NCBI GenBank assembly: GCA_045863235.1
Contig: BTUM01000016.1
Span: forward strand, 32,001 to 96,000
Length of the DNA stretch: 64,000 bases
Direction: 5' to 3'
DNA from: Candidatus Xenobia bacterium
GTDB taxonomy: Bacteria > Vulcanimicrobiota > Xenobia > Xenobiales > QWHO01
Below, piece after piece: positions 39,022 through 48,911 of the stretch (position 1 is the first letter of the stretch; every line of letters starts with the position of its first letter). The position numbers and the translations under genes were made by a program. The notes under the pieces are model-generated. The model was not told where the DNA came from and ran no database searches. It saw only the letters and a program-made list of their open reading frames with translations.

Positions 39022-40117
39022 GCCGGTTCCCCGCCCTCCCCACTGGCAGGTGGACTGGGAAGCGCTGGACCGGGCCTGGCCTTTCCTCTGGCCCATGAAA
39101 GAGTGCCCCCAGGCCAGCGAATACCACGGCGAGGGCAACGTCTGGATCCACACCCGCATGGTGTGCGAGCAGCTGGCTTCTCTGGCCCGCTGGCGCGAGC
39201 TGCCGGAAACCGAGCGCGAGCTGGTCTGGGCGGCGGCCCTGCTGCACGACGTGGCCAAGCCTGCCTGCACCCGGCCCGGACCGGACGGCCGGCTGACTTC
39301 GGCTGGTCACGCCCGCAAAGGGGCGGTGATGGCCCGCGCGCTCTTGTGGCGGCTGGGGGTGGCCTTCGAGCGGCGCGAGCTGGTGTGCGCGCTGATCCGC
39401 CACCATATGGTGCCGTTCTGGATCCTCGACCGCGACGACAGCCTGCGCCTCTTGCTGGAGGTCAGCCTGACAGCCCGCTGCGACCTGCTCTCGGTACTGG
39501 CCGAGGCCGACGCCCGGGGGCGCATCGCGGCCGACCAGCAGGAGCTGATCGAGGACACCTGGCTGTTTGCCGAGTTCGCCCGAGAGCACGGCTGTCTGAG
39601 CCAGCCCTACCCGTTCCCCAGCGAGCACACGCGCTATGTCTACTTCCGCTCCCCCCAGCGCTCGCCCGGGATGGAGGCCTTTGAGGACACCCGCAGCCGG
39701 GTCACGGTGCTGAGCGGCCTGCCGGGAGCGGGCAAGGATACCTACGCCCGCAGGCTCTCGTTGCCCCAGGTCTCGCTGGACGCCATCCGGGCCGAACTCG
39801 GCGTCAAACCCACCGACGACCAGGGACCGGTGGCCGAGCGGGCCCGCGAGCGGGCGCGAGAGTTCCTGCGCCGGGGGGAGCCGTTCGTGTGGAACGCCAC
39901 CAATCTCAGCCGCGAGCAGCGCGAGCGCTGCCTGGGCTTGCTGGCTGATTACCGCGCCCGCGTGGAGCTGGTCTATTGCGAAGCCGAGCACGACGAGCTG
40001 ATGCGCCGCAACGCCGAGCGCGAGCCGCCCTTCCCGGGAGCGGTTCTGGAGCGGCTCTTGGAGCGCTGGGAGGTGCCCGACCTGAGCGAGGCCCACCGCC
40101 TCGAGCTGGCCTTCTAA
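39014..40117 (+). CDS. HD-domain phosphoesterase fused to P-loop polynucleotide-kinase-like domain (HD-Pnk)
   Basis: HGEGNVWIHT, LLHDVAK, GH, HH, ADARGR; GLPGAGKDT, SLD.IR, WNATN. Confidence 0.85.
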   Translation: MLEPVPRPPHWQVDWEALDRAWPFLWPMKECPQASEYHGEGNVWIHTRMVCEQLASLARWRELPETERELVWAAALLHDVAKPACTRPGPDGRLTSAGHARKGAVMARALLWRLGVAFERRELVCALIRHHMVPFWILDRDDSLRLLLEVSLTARCDLLSVLAEADARGRIAADQQELIEDTWLFAEFAREHGCLSQPYPFPSEHTRYVYFRSPQRSPGMEAFEDTRSRVTVLSGLPGAGKDTYARRLSLPQVSLDAIRAELGVKPTDDQGPVAERARERAREFLRRGEPFVWNATNLSREQRERCLGLLADYRARVELVYCEAEHDELMRRNAEREPPFPGAVLERLLERWEVPDLSEAHRLELAF

Positions 40118-40156
40118 GTCCCGCGATGAATTGTTAAAAGGTCAGCGCGGGGCGCC

Positions 40157-42904
40157 TTAAGCCCGGTTCCTGCGCCGCACCAGCGCTCCCCCGAAGGCCA
40201 CGAAGGAGCTGCTCTCCAGCACTCCCGAGCCGGCTTGCTCGCTGACCACCCCGTGTTCGCGCAGGGCCTGCTCGACGTCGCCGCTCCCCCGAGCGGTGCG
40301 CCAGATCTCTAGTCCGCGCTGAAAGCGCTCGGCGTCGCTCTTCTCGCGCAAAAGGCCGGCCAGCTCGACCCGGGTCAGAATGCCCTGCAGCGTGTGCCAC
40401 TGCTCCTCGGGCTGGCCGGCGCCCACCAGCTCGGTGAAAGCGGCCATCGCCTCAGAGCGGTGCTGGGGACCGAAGCGCTCCACCAGCTCCCCGCCCCAAC
40501 CGCTCGCCCCCTCAGCCCAGCTCTCCACGACCTCGTCGGAGACATAGCCCTGAGTCTGCTCGATGCGCGCCAGGATCGCGCAGGCTCGCTCGGGCTCGAC
40601 TCCCTGGCGCAAGCGCTCCCGGTCGAGCTGCTCGAAGTGGTCGTGGGCATTGCTCCTCACCTGGTAGATCGTCGGCTGGCGCGACTCGGGAGCGGCGAGG
40701 GCGCGCAGCCGGTCCTCCAGCTCAGGGGCCCCCTGGGCCAGAGGCAGGGCCAGCACGAAATCGGCCAGATGCTCGTTGGAGAGCTTCTCCAGTGACTCCT
40801 GGCCGGTCAGCCGGCTGCCCAGCCACAGTCGCACCCGGGCCCTGTCGGCCTCGCTCAGATCGTTCAGCATCGCCAGAGCGGCCCGCAAAGGGGGAAGCTC
40901 GAAGGGGTCGCGCTGCTCCTGGGTATTGCCCCGATGCACCGTATGCTGCACGCAGATGGAGGCGGCCGCCAGCCGCTCTTGCAGGTCGCCCGACTGCAGG
41001 CCGGCCATGGCCTGCTCGAGCACCCGGTTGCGAGCCTCTTCGACCAGCGGCTCGAACCAGGCCTGGGAATAAGGGAGGCTGGCCTGGAGCAGCTCCCCCA
41101 GGCGGGCTTTCGTCTCCGGGGTGAGCGGGATGGAGGCCAGCACGGCCAGGTGATTGCGCGTCCGGGCATCGCACTCGATCAGACTTCCCGCCCCCGCAAG
41201 ACCGGAAGCGATGGGGTCGAGCAGGCGCTTCTCCAGGGCCGGGTCGGGCTCGGGAGCGAGCAGGGCAAAGCAATCGGCCGACCCCTCCCAGCAATTCTTC
41301 GCACCGGGAATGAACGACTGCTCCACCTTGTCCGAATCGAGCAGGTGAGCCAGCAAGGCCTCGCGATAGGGAACCAGCTGACCCTTCGGGTCGGCCAGCA
41401 TCAGCCCGTCCAGGTCCAGGCTGCGGGCCAGCCTCAGAGCCGGAGCGGTAAAGGTGTAGCGGGTCAGGTTCAGCTCGCCCTGTTTGGCCCCCTGCGGCAC
41501 CATCCAGCTGGTCAGCCAGTCCTTTTGCAGGGGGTCGGGCTTCCAGCCGGCCTTCAGGGCCGACTCGAAGATGGCGAAGTGGGCCGTATCGGGGTAGCTC
41601 GTCTGGCGCTGCCTCAACGTCTCGGCCGCGATCGCCGGGGCCAGTTGGGGCTGTTTCCTCATCAGGGTGAGCAGGTTGCGCACGCCCCAATTGAGCCCGT
41701 CGTAGCTGGTGTTGTTGAGGATCGCGCCCACCTGGGCTGTCACCTGCTCGGGGTTGGGGGGCGAAATCTCCCACAGGGCCGAGCAGAAGTCCAGGATGCC
41801 GCGGCCCTCGATGCCCAGTGCCTCGGCCCGGTCGGGCACCTGCTCGAGGGCCTGGCGGTGGGGCTGAAACAGCTGGTCCAGCCGAGGACTCTTGCGCGAA
41901 TCAGAGATAAGCCGCGCCATGGCCGACAGGTCCTCGTCGGAGGGGCGTCCGGCGGTAAGCTCCTCGACCAGCGCACGAGCGACCTCAGCGGCCTGCTCGG
42001 GCATCGTTTCGGCCAGCACCTCCAGCCGCTTGACTCCCTTGCGCTCGTTGAGAAGGGGGATCTGCTCGAGGATCTGGCGAGCCGCGGTCCTGACCTCGGC
42101 CGACGTGGAGGGCGGCGCTGCCTCGAGCTCGAGCCGAAGACCCCGCACCGGGACGGGGCCCTCGAGCAGGGTAGCCTCAAGCTCTCCCTCGACCTGACCG
42201 TAGCGGCGCAGGAGGTCGCAAGCCCGGGCGGCCAGGGAGAGATCCAGCTCGACCGGCTCCTTCTCGCGTAGGTCAGGAGCAAGCTCTTCCCGGCTGCGTC
42301 GCAGGTGCTTATGGGCCAGCAGCATCAGGCTGCGCAGGGCCGCCGGCGTGGCGGGCTCCTTCTGCAAAGCGCTTTCGAGCCGATCCAGGGTCAGCTGGAC
42401 GCGCTCGGCGTCAAAGCCCGAGATGCGGGCCTCCCAATCGATTCGCTGGCTCGCTCCCTCGACCGGTCCGTAGAACACGCACAGCTCCTCCAACCGGTTG
42501 CCCCCGTGGACATTGGACAGGGTCCGCCGGGCCAGGTAGCGGGTGACCGGGTCGGGGCTTTCGGCCCACTTGTGCGCCCCGGTGCCGCTGACGATCTCGG
42601 GCATGGCGCTGGCTCGCTCGGCCAGCCGCAGCTTGAGGGGCCAGAGGTCGGCGGGGGGTTGCTCGGGGGGCAGGGGCTGTTCAGCTTGCGAGGCTGGGGG
42701 CTCGGCAGTGGGGAGAGGAGCGGGTGCGGAGGGCCCCGGACGCGGGCCTCCCAGTTCGGTCTGGTCCAGCGGGTCGGCCTCGAAAGCCTGGCCAGGCCGG
42801 GCGGCCGTCTGGGGACGGGCGGCGGCAAAGTTTGAGCTCAAGGCACGCAGCTCGGGGGTCACTGTCAGGGGAGTTCTGCCCGGGGCGGGTTGTTTCCCCT
42901 CCAA
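40157..42904 (-). CDS. Large helical hypothetical protein with Pro-rich N-terminus and C-terminal GGV-type tail (start uncertain)
   Basis: 915-aa ORF; tail SGVLESSSFVAFGGALVRRR. Confidence 0.75.
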   Translation of the reverse strand: MEGKQPAPGRTPLTVTPELRALSSNFAAARPQTAARPGQAFEADPLDQTELGGPRPGPSAPAPLPTAEPPASQAEQPLPPEQPPADLWPLKLRLAERASAMPEIVSGTGAHKWAESPDPVTRYLARRTLSNVHGGNRLEELCVFYGPVEGASQRIDWEARISGFDAERVQLTLDRLESALQKEPATPAALRSLMLLAHKHLRRSREELAPDLREKEPVELDLSLAARACDLLRRYGQVEGELEATLLEGPVPVRGLRLELEAAPPSTSAEVRTAARQILEQIPLLNERKGVKRLEVLAETMPEQAAEVARALVEELTAGRPSDEDLSAMARLISDSRKSPRLDQLFQPHRQALEQVPDRAEALGIEGRGILDFCSALWEISPPNPEQVTAQVGAILNNTSYDGLNWGVRNLLTLMRKQPQLAPAIAAETLRQRQTSYPDTAHFAIFESALKAGWKPDPLQKDWLTSWMVPQGAKQGELNLTRYTFTAPALRLARSLDLDGLMLADPKGQLVPYREALLAHLLDSDKVEQSFIPGAKNCWEGSADCFALLAPEPDPALEKRLLDPIASGLAGAGSLIECDARTRNHLAVLASIPLTPETKARLGELLQASLPYSQAWFEPLVEEARNRVLEQAMAGLQSGDLQERLAAASICVQHTVHRGNTQEQRDPFELPPLRAALAMLNDLSEADRARVRLWLGSRLTGQESLEKLSNEHLADFVLALPLAQGAPELEDRLRALAAPESRQPTIYQVRSNAHDHFEQLDRERLRQGVEPERACAILARIEQTQGYVSDEVVESWAEGASGWGGELVERFGPQHRSEAMAAFTELVGAGQPEEQWHTLQGILTRVELAGLLREKSDAERFQRGLEIWRTARGSGDVEQALREHGVVSEQAGSGVLESSSFVAFGGALVRRRNRA

Positions 42905-42922
42905 CCCGAGTTCGCGCCTCGG

Positions 42923-44056
42923 TCAGCCGGGTGCGAGCCTCTTCTTGAGTCGTACCGAGCCGAAGCGGACGCTGCCAGCATCCTCGGTCACGGCCGAGGA
43001 GGAGTCCTCGGGAACCACTCGCAGCTCGAGGCGGCTCACGTCCCCGTTGCGCCGGGTGACGTAGAGCCAGCCCTCGGGCCCCCGGGCGGCGCCCACGATG
43101 TCCGAGGGAACCTCCAGCTCCTCGCCCAGGCAGATCAGGCGCGGCGCGCTCTTGCTCCCGGTGATCAGAGCTCCGTCCGACCCCATCGTGTTGACCTCCA
43201 GAGTGGGATCCACCGGCAGCTTCTCCACCAGGCCCGGCAGCACGCCCCGCTCGCTCCCATTCGCATCGAAGAGGTGGACCGCGCCTCCAGCCAGTGCCAG
43301 AGCGATCGAGCCGGGAAGGCCCAGCCCCGGCTGGCCGGGCAGACTGAACTCGCCCAGGGCAACGTCCATCTCCACGCGACCCGTGGCCGGCTGGAGAGCC
43401 ACCAGGTGGTGGCGCATCCCCGGCTCCATGGTGATGAAGTAGTAACGCCCATCGGGACCGAGCCGGGGAGGACGCCCGGCGATTCCGGGCAGATCTTTCA
43501 AGCGCTTGCTCTTGAAGAGCAGGGAGGTAGGGTCGTAGCGCACCACGCGCCCCTGGTTACCGACCAGCAGCACCGACTTGCCCGGTCCCGGGAGCACGAA
43601 GAAACTGTGAGGGGTTCCCAGCGCGTCGTGAATCCTGGCCTTCTCATTGCCGTCGGGGTCGAAGGCCAGCAGCATGCATCCTCGGGTCGAGACGTAGATG
43701 CGCTCGCCCTGCACCACCGGCGCGTTCATCGGCTCAAGGAGAGGTCGGGCCCAGAGCAGCTTACCCTCGGGGCTGATCCGGTGCAGGTTGCGACCGCCCA
43801 GGACGTAGACCGAGCCGTCGGGCGCAGGCGTCGGGGGGTGCTCGAGCGGGCCTTTCAGCCGGCAGCTCCACACCGGTGCTCCGCTCGCATCCAGGGCCTG
43901 CAGGTTGCCCGAGCGGTCGCCCGCGTAGACCCGGTCGGCCGCCAGGACGGGAGGCAGATCCACCGGCTCGTCCGCCAGCCGGGCCAGGGTGGTCAGCACG
44001 GGCCGGGGGGTCCCAAACAGGGTCGCAGCCGCAGTGCTCGAGGAGACGGTTGCCAT
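42923..44056 (-). CDS. PQQ-like beta-propeller protein with C-terminal GGV-type tail
   Basis: Repeats such as YAGDRSGNLQALDASG..VW; tail SAVTEDAGSVRFGSVRLKKR. Confidence 0.8.
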   Translation of the reverse strand: MATVSSSTAAATLFGTPRPVLTTLARLADEPVDLPPVLAADRVYAGDRSGNLQALDASGAPVWSCRLKGPLEHPPTPAPDGSVYVLGGRNLHRISPEGKLLWARPLLEPMNAPVVQGERIYVSTRGCMLLAFDPDGNEKARIHDALGTPHSFFVLPGPGKSVLLVGNQGRVVRYDPTSLLFKSKRLKDLPGIAGRPPRLGPDGRYYFITMEPGMRHHLVALQPATGRVEMDVALGEFSLPGQPGLGLPGSIALALAGGAVHLFDANGSERGVLPGLVEKLPVDPTLEVNTMGSDGALITGSKSAPRLICLGEELEVPSDIVGAARGPEGWLYVTRRNGDVSRLELRVVPEDSSSAVTEDAGSVRFGSVRLKKRLAPG

Positions 44057-44096
44057 ACTCCACCAGTATGCGCGGGCCCGCTGAAGAGAAGCTGAA
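44057..44096 (-). promoter_or_regulatory. TTCAG direct-repeat leaderless promoter
   Basis: TTCAG-CTTCTC-TTCAG, 10 nt, CATACT, 8 nt, ATG. Confidence 0.7.
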
Positions 44097-44139
44097 CCCC
44101 GCCCGCACCGGCTTCTCCACCTGCGGCCAACGAGGGAAT

Positions 44140-45234
44140 TCAGCGCCTGTGGTGTCGCTCGAGCCAGCCCTCGAGGTCGAAGTAGCCGGGTAAGGTGGCG
44201 GCGAACCGCCGGACGTCGGGCTCCTCGTCCTCCAGGTCGGTGGGGCCGAAGAGCTGCGCGGTCACCCAGTCCACCCAGGCCACCGGGATGGGCGCGAAGC
44301 GGCGGAAGTAGGACTCGAGCTGCTCGGTGGACTGTGATTCCTGCCAGCGATACCAGACGAGCATGAAGCCTTGTCCGGGCCCCATGCGCCAGCCGATCGA
44401 GGAGCGCGAGATTTCTGGGAAGCGCAGCCAGGGAGGGGGCAAGACTCCGTCCGAAGTGAGAGCAAGCTCCCTGGCCAGACACTCTTCGTCGATCTGGCGG
44501 ACTCTGCGCTGGTGCTCCTCACACTCGGGGCCCAGTGAATCTCGAATCAGCTGGCCCCGCCTCGGCCCGGCGCGCACGGAAAGCACGCCCTCCGGCCGCC
44601 AGATGCTGGAGCGCCCGGCGGCCCGGTCATAGCCTTCCCCGGTGGACCCGGCGAAACTGGCCACGGCCACCCAGACCTGATGCTCGGTCGCGATGCGGCG
44701 GGCACGCTCATCCTGCAGCTCGGCTTGCTCCGGGTGCTTGAGCGTGGCGGCCAGGTAGGCGTCGCAGCCCCTCGCCGCAGTGTCGGAGGCGTGCTGCGCG
44801 ATGCTGGTATCCTTGCAGATAGCCAGGCCGAGCCGCCAGCCGTCCACCTCCAGCACTTCGGGCTGCGTGCCGGGGGAAAATCTCCTGGCCTCCGACTCGG
44901 ATAGCCAGATCTTGCGATAGGCCACCCTGACCCCGCTGCCCTGGACGGCCAGCATGGCGATGTGGCAGCGCCCCTCCTCGCCCTGCACGGGGGCGCCCAC
45001 CAGTGCCAGCGAGCCCTCCCGGCCGCACGCCGTCACCAGCTTCTCCAGGCGCGGATCGTCGGGCGTGATGGCCGGCGCGTCCAGATGGTAGCCCGTCAGG
45101 GACATCTCGGGGAAGAGCACGACGCGAGAGGGACACCCACGTTTCACCGTGGCGGCATGGATGGCCGCGTTCTCGGCCACGTCATAGGGAACGCAGTGGG
45201 GCTGCGCCACGGTGATCGAGAGCGGCTCCGGCAT
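44140..45234 (-). CDS. Carbon-nitrogen hydrolase (nitrilase superfamily) with extra C-terminal domain
   Basis: E-K-C triad: FPEMSLTGY, YRKI, AICKD; C-terminal PPW...SIGWRMG domain. Confidence 0.82.
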   Translation of the reverse strand: MPEPLSITVAQPHCVPYDVAENAAIHAATVKRGCPSRVVLFPEMSLTGYHLDAPAITPDDPRLEKLVTACGREGSLALVGAPVQGEEGRCHIAMLAVQGSGVRVAYRKIWLSESEARRFSPGTQPEVLEVDGWRLGLAICKDTSIAQHASDTAARGCDAYLAATLKHPEQAELQDERARRIATEHQVWVAVASFAGSTGEGYDRAAGRSSIWRPEGVLSVRAGPRRGQLIRDSLGPECEEHQRRVRQIDEECLARELALTSDGVLPPPWLRFPEISRSSIGWRMGPGQGFMLVWYRWQESQSTEQLESYFRRFAPIPVAWVDWVTAQLFGPTDLEDEEPDVRRFAATLPGYFDLEGWLERHHRR

Positions 45235-45349
45235 GAAGGGACGGTTCGAGATGTTGGCCGCACATCTTCCTTTGATTCGATGAGCCAGAGTCTCCGGGCC
45301 CACTCGCTGGTTGTCCGAGCCCACTCACTCGGCTTACGACTAGATTCTG

Positions 45350-45371
45350 TGCTATAATATTTCAGATTATA
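45350..45371 (+). promoter_or_regulatory. Extended -10 promoter overlapped by inverted repeat
   Basis: TG-C-TATAAT-N7-ATTATA upstream of ATPase gene. Confidence 0.55.
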
Positions 45372-45393
45372 AACCAGGAAGGAGCCCGGCCCG

Positions 45394-46803
45394 ATGTTCC
45401 TGGATCGGGATCGCGAGTTGGAGGGGCTGAACGAGCGCTTTCGAGAGGAAAGCGCCGAGCTGTTCGTTGTCTACGGACGGCGACGCATCGGAAAATCGGC
45501 CCTGCTGAATGAGTTCGGTCGAGGCAAACCGCACGTATACTTTCTAGCTTCCCAGGTGCGCGAGGGCGACAACCTGGAGCAGTTTCGCCAGGCCCTGTCT
45601 CTCGCCCGCACCGACCCGCTGCTGGACTCTCTGCGATTTCATTCATGGGAGACGGCGCTGGCCTACCTGGGCCGGGCCGGGGAGAGCGAACGCTTCCTGG
45701 TCGTGCTCGACGAGTTTCCCTATCTGTGCCAGGAGAATCCGGCTCTCCCGTCCGTGCTCCAAAAATGGTGGGACACTCAAGGCTGCAATAGCAAGCTGTT
45801 CCTGATTCTCTGTGGCTCTCAGGTCAGCTTCATGGAGGGAGAGCTCCTGGCCGAGCGCTCGCCTCTATACGGTCGACGCACGGGCCAGCAGCGCCTGGGG
45901 CCCTTGCTTCCGTGGGATGCGGCTCGGTTCTTCCCCAATTACTCGGTGCGGGACCGCCTGGCGACCTACGGCATCCTGGGGGGGGTGCCGGCCTACCTGG
46001 AACGATTTCGCCCGGGGCAGTCGCTCAAGGCGAATCTCCTGAGAGAAGCACTCAACCCTCAGGGCTTCTTGTATGACGAGGTCCACTTTCTGCTTCGCAC
46101 CGAGCTGACGCAGATCGCCACCTATCTCACCGTTCTAAAAGCTGTTGCTGGCGGTGCCACTCGAATCTCGGAGATTGCCGATCGGGCCGGACTGCCTGTG
46201 ACAGGAGTCTCCTCGTACCTGGGGACCCTGCGCGAGTTGGGTCTCATCCGGCGGGAAGTCCCCTTCTTGGAGCCCATTCCCGAAAAGAGCAAGCGCGGGG
46301 TCTACCGTGTGGCCGACCCCTTTATCGCGTTCTGGTGCCGGTTCATCCTGCCCTACCAGAGTCTGATCCAGGCCGGTCAGGGCGAGCTCGCGTGGCGCGA
46401 GCTCATCAGCCCTTTCCTGGACACCCACCTGGGGCAGGTGTTCGAGGAGGTATGCCGGCTCTTTGTCCAGCACCGATGGGCCGAGCTGGGTTCAGCTGTG
46501 CCCTTGCGGGTAGGCAGCCAGTGGTCCGGCGACCATGACCTGGATGTCGTGGCCGAGCTCGCTGACGGAGAGAAGCGCGAGCTCCTGGTGGGGGAGTGCA
46601 AGTGGTGGAAGGGTCCGGTGGGCCGAAACGTGCTTGAGGCAGTGAGAGCCCGGGCGCAATCGCTCCGAAGCCCGTCCCGACTGGCCCTGTTCTCACTCAA
46701 CGGCTTCACTGAGGACCTGCGGGAGACCGCTGAACGAGAGGACATCGCGTTGATCGACGGTGAGAAGCTGGTTTCCAGCCTGGACAGCCCGACATCGCGC
46801 TGA
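45394..46803 (+). CDS. Archaeal-type P-loop ATPase (ATPase_2 + wHTH + DUF234/PD-(D/E)xK-like)
   Basis: FLDRDREL, YGRRRIGKS, LDEFPYL, LCGS, PLYGRRT, GGVP.YL, DPF..FW.RF, DLDVV...GECKW. Confidence 0.88.
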   Translation: MFLDRDRELEGLNERFREESAELFVVYGRRRIGKSALLNEFGRGKPHVYFLASQVREGDNLEQFRQALSLARTDPLLDSLRFHSWETALAYLGRAGESERFLVVLDEFPYLCQENPALPSVLQKWWDTQGCNSKLFLILCGSQVSFMEGELLAERSPLYGRRTGQQRLGPLLPWDAARFFPNYSVRDRLATYGILGGVPAYLERFRPGQSLKANLLREALNPQGFLYDEVHFLLRTELTQIATYLTVLKAVAGGATRISEIADRAGLPVTGVSSYLGTLRELGLIRREVPFLEPIPEKSKRGVYRVADPFIAFWCRFILPYQSLIQAGQGELAWRELISPFLDTHLGQVFEEVCRLFVQHRWAELGSAVPLRVGSQWSGDHDLDVVAELADGEKRELLVGECKWWKGPVGRNVLEAVRARAQSLRSPSRLALFSLNGFTEDLRETAEREDIALIDGEKLVSSLDSPTSR

Positions 46804-47153
46804 CCAGGCCGTGCAGGTTGCCGTGTTGATACTTCACCGATGCGGAGGACAGCAACGTGGTCAAGTCAACAATCCGTTTCAGCGTCAAGACGACCGGACC
46901 TGACGCAACCGCCGGAGGGAGAGCAATTTGCTCACTCTGCCCAGGAACGCGTTACCGTCCCAAGGATTGACGATGGTCAAGGGTCATGAATGGCTTTCCC
47001 TTTCGAGCGCTCTCGAACCGGACGGTCAGTTGAGGTCCTCGTCTCGATCTCAATCGGGCCTTGCAGAGGCTTCCTGCAGAGGCTCAGACCCGTCCCAAAC
47101 TCAAGGCACTACCGGAATCTGGAGCAGGACGAACGCGCCCGCAAGTGTTTTCC

Positions 47154-48911
47154 TTACCCTGCCACGAGCTCTCCGGCCAGCCAGGCGCGCAAAGCGGCCG
47201 GGTACCAGTCCCAGGTCCCCTCGAAGCGGGCCGCCAGCGACTGAAGGCCATGCTCGCGCAACTCGCCAGCCAGCTCGGCGCGGCGCTCGGCAAAGCCGCT
47301 GGAGAGCTGCTCGGTGCCAAAGTGCACGCTCTCCTCGCACAATCCCCAGGCTTTGCGCACCAGGGCCGCCAGCGGGTCGGCCGGGGGGTCCAGGGCGATC
47401 AGGGGTAGATCCCAATCGGGGGCGGGCTCCTCCAGATCGGGCACCACCACGCGGTCGGGGGTGCGGAAGGCGACCGGCTCGAGCACCAGGTCGCCCGCCT
47501 CGTGGCGCAGAAAGCCGCTCACCTGGACGGCCGACGGCAAGCCCCGGGCCAGCGCGTCCAGAGCGCCGGGCACGGCCCCCTCGTAGGCTCGCGCGATGCG
47601 CACCTCCTCCCCCTCCGGCAGGACGGCGCTGGCCACGATCTCCTGCTCGCCCGGGGCGTAGGCTACCTCCACCTCGGCCAGGCTCAGCACCACGAAGTCC
47701 TCGGCCAGAACCAGGGGGCGCAGCAGGCGCGGCGGGCGGGGAGGAAACTCGAGCGACTGCAGCGACTCGGGCAGCGACTCCCAGGCCTGGCCCAGGGGCA
47801 TCACCGAGTGCTTGCTCTTCTCGCGCCTCAGAGTCAGGCTGCGGTTGGCGTGGCGGCGCACGCCCTGGCTGACCAGCTGGCCCCGGGCCAGGTCGCGCAG
47901 GCGCACGTCGCCGGCCAGAGTGACTCCCGGACCGGTGTAGGCGCGCTCGAGAACCAGCACCTGGCCGGCCGGGTCGGCCAGGTAGAGCCGTACCCGATCA
48001 CCCTGAATGCGGGCGCCCAGCGAGATCAGTCGCAGGTGGTCGAGTTCGGTCTCGGGCGCGGTGTCCTGGCCCAGCACGTAGGTAGCCGACAGCTCGCTCA
48101 CACCGGCCAGGCGGGTCCGCAGGCTGAGCAGGGCAAAGGCCGCCTCGCCCACCTTGTAGCGACCCGAGCTGGCTTTGTAAAGCGCGAGCTGCTCTTGCAG
48201 GCTGTCGAGCAAGACCAGCGGCCAGGTCATGCCCGCCAGCTGCCGGCGAGCTCTCTCGAACTGGGCCTCCAGGCCTTCGGCGTGGACGACCCCTTCGCGC
48301 AACAAACGCTCGCTCAGGGCCTCTACGGCCGAAAGCTCGTGGCGGCGGGATCGGGTGGCGCCGAACTCGACCGTCTGCTGACCCTGGCGGGCAGCCCAGA
48401 CGGCCAGGGCCAGGTGCGCGCAGGCTCCCTTGTCAGCGCAGTCGCAGCGAGCCATGGAAAGCTCGCGGGGCACAAGAAAGCGCACCGAGCAGGTGGGCAG
48501 GCGCACGGCGGCGCCCTCCACCTGGGCCCGAAAGCCCTTCGCCAGCAAGGCCCGGGCTTTCTCCAGCAGGCGCTTGCCCAGAAAGCGCTCCAGCTCCTCG
48601 TCGCCGATCTCACCCGGACTCCAGGGCACTTCGTCCGGGGCCTCGCCTCGCGGGTAAGCCAGGGCCACCGCCACCCGGTGGCGGCAGACGGTGGTGGCGA
48701 GGCAGGTGCAGTTGCCCTGAGCCAGGCTCTTGCCGGGCGGCAGCGTGGCCACCACGCCGTCCTCGAAGATTCCCCGCACGGTGCCGTCGGGGTCTTCTTC
48801 CAGGCGCGGGCCCCTGCCCTCCTCAATCTCGCGGGTGGCCCGCTTGACCAGCCCCATGTTGGACAGAGCCGCGATCGCCTCCGGGGTCAGGGCGGCCAGG
48901 TCGCTGCGCAT
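47154..48911 (-). CDS. SWIM zinc-finger protein (YehQ-like)
   Basis: N.GLVKRA; CTC....CRH and CDC....CAH; TGATG coupling to VWA gene. Confidence 0.85.
   Translation of the reverse strand: MRSDLAALTPEAIAALSNMGLVKRATREIEEGRGPRLEEDPDGTVRGIFEDGVVATLPPGKSLAQGNCTCLATTVCRHRVAVALAYPRGEAPDEVPWSPGEIGDEELERFLGKRLLEKARALLAKGFRAQVEGAAVRLPTCSVRFLVPRELSMARCDCADKGACAHLALAVWAARQGQQTVEFGATRSRRHELSAVEALSERLLREGVVHAEGLEAQFERARRQLAGMTWPLVLLDSLQEQLALYKASSGRYKVGEAAFALLSLRTRLAGVSELSATYVLGQDTAPETELDHLRLISLGARIQGDRVRLYLADPAGQVLVLERAYTGPGVTLAGDVRLRDLARGQLVSQGVRRHANRSLTLRREKSKHSVMPLGQAWESLPESLQSLEFPPRPPRLLRPLVLAEDFVVLSLAEVEVAYAPGEQEIVASAVLPEGEEVRIARAYEGAVPGALDALARGLPSAVQVSGFLRHEAGDLVLEPVAFRTPDRVVVPDLEEPAPDWDLPLIALDPPADPLAALVRKAWGLCEESVHFGTEQLSSGFAERRAELAGELREHGLQSLAARFEGTWDWYPAALRAWLAGELVAG

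Noticed and set aside
46804..47153. Possible small ORF or ncRNA between convergent genes
   Set aside because: No recognisable protein motif or RNA structure
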